Origin: Marsupella aquatica
Lineage: Eukaryota; Plantae; Marchantiophyta
DNA: 64,000 bases
Assembly (NCBI GenBank): GCA_973895155.1
Contig: OZ316899.1
Span: forward strand, 3,865,455-3,929,454
Direction: 5' to 3'
Shown here: piece by piece, positions 60,012 to 64,000 of the stretch
Position numbering within the stretch: position 1 is the stretch's first letter
Layout: the number at the start of each line of letters is the position of its first letter
Notes under the pieces: model-generated
Seen by the model: the letters and a program-made list of their open reading frames with translations, nothing else
Told to the model about the DNA's origin: nothing
The model's database searches: none
Made by a program: the position numbers and the translations under genes

Positions 60012-63000
60012 TCAGGATCGAGGAATGTAAGGCATTACAATGGACCACTCAGGATCATCTGGATAAGGGAGATAGAATGCCTGCTCAAGATTATGAGGAA
60101 ATGCAAAAGGATCTGAGGCCCTCCAATTTGAGCTGATGATAGCCCCTGTCTTCAGTCGTGTGAAGCCGCAAGCATCCTCTTCACATGTCCGATTGTGGCC
60201 AACAAGATTCATCCAAAACCATTTGCACTTCAGCACCACCTCTTCCAATGTTGTATGCGCATGGTATTTTACAACAAGGATCTCCTCTATCTTTCCATAG
60301 TGAGCTATAGTAGAACGGATGGGATTTGTGTCAGATCTGCTACTTACAGAATCATGGGTGAACCAACCCATCACCCCACAATCTTGTGTAGCTGCCCTCT
60401 TGTCATCAAGTCGTTCCACACGAAAGTGTCTCCCCTTGGACCACATGGCAGTCCTGGTTGTAACTGTAAGTAGAGGTCCATGAAACAAGGTGCGCAACTT
60501 ATCAGTCACCATTGGGAAGTGTGATACACTCTCCCCAGCAGCCACCAAGGCATCCACTTCTAACAACTTCCCCTTCATGTACATGTGGAATTTGGGAAAT
60601 AAGCATGGTCGTCGACTATTGTGCTTATCCTCCTCATAAAATGTGGTCCACTCCCCAACAATCTCTGGAGAGTTATACAACATGAATGCAGTGAGTTTAG
60701 TGCGCTCACTAGGGTCAAGAAGCCGTTCTCCCTTTGCACCTGTCAAACGGTCATCCTCATAGTCTGCTTCTCTTGATGCCTCATCTATCCACCCCCTTGG
60801 AGCATTTGAATCAAGTGTAGCAATAATGTTTGTACAATAAAACATGCTCTCTGCTCCAAGATGACGCTCTGCAATGCTACCTTCCACCCTTGCGCGATTT
60901 GAAACATAGGACTTCATCACTCCCATGTACCGCTCTACCTAGTACATCCAACGACAATGTACAGGGCTTGCAATACCAACCTCATGCACTAGATGTAGTA
61001 GAAAATGAACCTGACCATCAAAAAATGGAGGAAGGGCCCTTTCAAGTTTGCACACAACCTCCACTCCAAACACCTCCATTGCTGCAACCTCATCCTCGTT
61101 CACCTCCTTTTGACACACCCATCTCAACAACTTACCCAACGACCAAAGGGCATCACGAAGATCCTCACTACCCTCGGGGGTCTCAGTATATGGGGACCTC
61201 CCCATCGCCTGCAACATTTTTAGGCCTCGGACCCCCTAAAATGTAAGAAAAAAAATTATTTTTTAACCCCTATAAAGTTGGAATATTCTTGGAATATTCT
61301 AAAAATTGGATTAAGAAGACCCTAATGTTCTTATAAGTCTCAAAATTGAATTTAAAAGACCCTATTGTTCTTCTACAAAAATTCTTAAGTCTTCCCTTAG
61401 AACATAAAATGACCCTATCCTTCGTCGCACGTGATATGCCATTTTTGTGGAAGTGAGACCCCCGAGTCACTACCCAATCCAATAATAGCAATTGGAATAA
61501 CATGTTGCAATAAGCGATGATAATCATGGGTCTTCAAGAAAGCTGGCCATTTTGGAGAGTCAAGTCCACCAAATGCCTTGCGAAGATTGGCACCATACCC
61601 TGTAGGAAATCGCATAGACCCTATGCATTTGCAAAACTTGGTCCGCTCACCTTGTGTCAAAACCCAAGGAGGATGAATAGTAAGGGGGGCATTATTGGGA
61701 TCCATAGATGGCCAAAAACCATGAGGGCCATGCATCCCCATCTCTTCACAACTCTCTCTCCAGTTGTTGTCTTTCTCTCCATATAGGCGGCAAATCAAGG
61801 ACCTCCCAACATTTCCCTCAATATGCATAGGGTCAAATAAATGGTGAAGTGGCATCTCAGCCCAATAAGGCAGTTGTGACAATGCAAACAAACAAGTCAT
61901 GCCACACCGGGCATACTGCAATGGGTCATCTGGATTAGATACTCTCTCCCATACCTCTTTCCAATATGCAGGATCTTTTGGAATAGGTTGTGGTCGTCTG
62001 TCTGGTTGGCCATCCTCAGTGTCATATAAAAAGGGGTCTCTCCTCCAATCATGGTCTGGAGGGAGGTACTTGGTGTGACCAATATACACTATCTTCCTCA
62101 AGGTCTTTGACTTTGGCCGCGCTATTCCTTCCAAATCAGGTCCACAAGTTGGGTAAGCTCGATATCCTGATGTGGTCAGGCCAGAAATATATCCAAACCC
62201 TGCATATAAATATATATCCCATGCATAAGTAAATAAGTTTATTAAAAGATATATGTGCTCCTAGCTAACTCAATACATAACAAAGTATGCTAGGTACGGT
62301 TGCCTAGCTATGGGAAGGGATAATCTAACAAAGATTCATACCTGGAAGATCATGTATGGTCCACATAAGAATGGCCTTCAACTTAAATTCTCGACGTACG
62401 TAAGCCCCCCGTTTGCACTCGACCATCATAGCAATCCACACCCCTCCAAAGCTTTTGTAGCTCCTCAATCAATGGTTGCAAGTACACATCAATTTTTTCC
62501 ACTTGCTTAGGACCAGGGATAATCATGGAAAGGAGCAAATGACCCTTCTTCATGGACATCCATGGAGGGATGTTGTAATTAGTAAGGACCACTGGCCATA
62601 GTGAATATGGTTGGGCCTTACCTGCTAGTGCAAATGGGCTGATGCCATCCGCTGCCAATCCTAGGCGAACATGACGTGGGTCAGTTCGGAACTCACCCCA
62701 TCTCTCCTCCATAAACTTGTTTGCAGGGGAGTCAACCATCATGCGCATGGTGGGTGGTTGTGAACTCATATCTGAGCAATTTTGGGAATGCCAAACCATA
62801 TACTCAGCCAACTCAGCACATCTATATTGGTGGCGCAAACAAGGTATAAGAGGAAAGTACCTCATGACCTTCTGAGGAACTTTTCCCGTCAACATGTCCT
62901 CACGATACCTCGGCTTCTCACATGTAGGACATGACGTTGCATCTTTATAAGTGCCTCTAAACATAACGCAATCATTCACGCAAGCATGTATGACTTCGTA

Positions 63001-63519
63001 CTGCAGACCTATGGACTTCAACACCTTCTTTGCCTCTTTCCAAGAGTCTGGCAAGTTGTTTCCTTCTGGCAAGATACAATCATGCAATGTCCGAAAGAGA
63101 TCATCAAGAAGTAGGTTGCTTGCTCCATGTCTTTGCTGCAAGTTCAACAACAACATTATTGCTGAAAGACGAGACAAGCATGATCCATCAAATATCCGAG
63201 TTTGCGCATGTTGACGTGCTTCCTCCCACTGTTTGGAGGCTGAACTCCTTGAACCTTCTTGATGTGGAAGTGGGACCTCAATGTTCTCCCCATCAACCAT
63301 GTCATGATCACCATCCTCTATGTCATAGAATTGGTGCATCAAGTCATCCATGGCCCTATCTTCATCAACTCTTGATTGGGAGGCATCTGGTTCCTGCTCT
63401 GGAACATCCGGATTGCCACCTGGTGGTAGAGAGGCATGTCGCCAATCTTCCATGGCCTGCACAAGGTGTTCGCGCATAGCTCGTGGTAACACCACAACAT
63501 CCGGCTCAACATATGCATT
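60012..63519 (-). pseudogene. CACTA transposase (Transposase_21/Tnp2, DUF4218, DUF4216-like)
   Basis: IHACVNDCVMFRG...CPTCEKPRY, RYFPLIP, RLGLAADGISPF, LWPVVLTNYNIPPW, FDPMHIEGNV and LKTHDYH. Disrupted by MITE copy 3 and a TAG at about 60940. Confidence 0.93.
61173..61466. mobile_element. MITE copy 3 (294 bp, diverged) inside the CACTA-2 transposase
   Basis: TIR CTCGGGGGTCTCA, TSD TCACTACC at 61165-61172 and 61467-61474. Removal restores ...GLGSEDLRDALWSLGK. Confidence 0.92.
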
Positions 63520-63628
63520 CTATCATACAACGCACAAAACAGATATATACGTTTGAGTTAGCCCATGGATTCCTAAAAAAACTACAATATTCTTATATTA
63601 CTTCAAAAATGGGGAATACACATATGTG

Positions 63629-64000
63629 CTAAGTGTGGCCAGATCGAATGCCCATCTTGGGCGTGTTCCATTCATAGTCACAAAACAACTCATCACCCGC
63701 CCTAATGGTCCATATGGCTACTGTCATAACATGATCATCCATATGTGTGACATAGTAAGGCAGAGTGGGTGGGCCAAAAATCTGAGCCCACTCTACATTA
63801 GGCTGGAGTCCACTCCCTCTACCATGTGTACTATTGATGTACCCAGTTATGTTATCTGAACGCACAGGGTCCCCATCAATCATCCTACAATGCCAAGGCC
63901 TCCTTAGGACCTCATCTGGGTCTGAGTCCATCTGCAATGCATATACCCCCCAAGCTAGATGTTGGCGCAAGAGGATGTTCCAACTCTTGGATGTATACAC
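63629..64000 (-). CDS. SET-domain (lysine methyltransferase-like) coding segment, 5' end outside the window
   Basis: MIDG...SDNITGYINS...PNV and VAIWTIRAGDELFCDYEW match the SET signatures (N...FINH..PN and I..GEEL..DY). Confidence 0.75.
   Translation of the reverse strand: MYTSKSWNILLRQHLAWGVYALQMDSDPDEVLRRPWHCRMIDGDPVRSDNITGYINSTHGRGSGLQPNVEWAQIFGPPTLPYYVTHMDDHVMTVAIWTIRAGDELFCDYEWNTPKMGIRSGHT

Larger units (their letters stand above)
59141..64000 (-). mobile_element. CACTA/EnSpm element 2 (runs off the right edge) with a SET-domain exon
   Basis: Terminus CACTGGTACA at 59141, TCCGA/TCGGA subterminal repeats to about 59590, and a Tnp2-type transposase on the minus strand. Confidence 0.9.

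Overview
This is a eukaryotic, most likely non-seed land plant, heterochromatic window made almost entirely of nested and decaying transposons. No intact host gene was recognised; the host assignment rests on GT-AG introns, Bianca-type copia elements and a plant tRNA-Asn-like PBS. Contents: two CACTA/EnSpm elements, two Tat-like Ty3/gypsy copies, two Bianca-type Ty1/copia elements with LTRs and TSDs, a 2.2-kb solo LTR, three 8-bp-TSD MITEs, a P-element-like transposase relic and a GCM-MULE-SWIM DNA transposon family (one complete copy, one partial copy, one terminus). Three unrelated TE classes each carry a putative methyltransferase cargo. (1) A complete 10.3-kb MULE (34891-45226, TSD ATACACAT) has a divergently transcribed, intron-containing ParB-like + N4/N6-amino-methyltransferase gene, and its non-coding DNA holds about 19 copies of a 15-bp palindrome TAGCGCCNGGCGCTA. 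(2) A Ty3/gypsy element has a C5-cytosine methyltransferase inside pol and a PHD finger after integrase. (3) A CACTA element has a SET-domain exon that can be spliced in frame to the transposase. All domain calls are by eye from motifs, with no database searches, and most ORFs carry stops or frameshifts.
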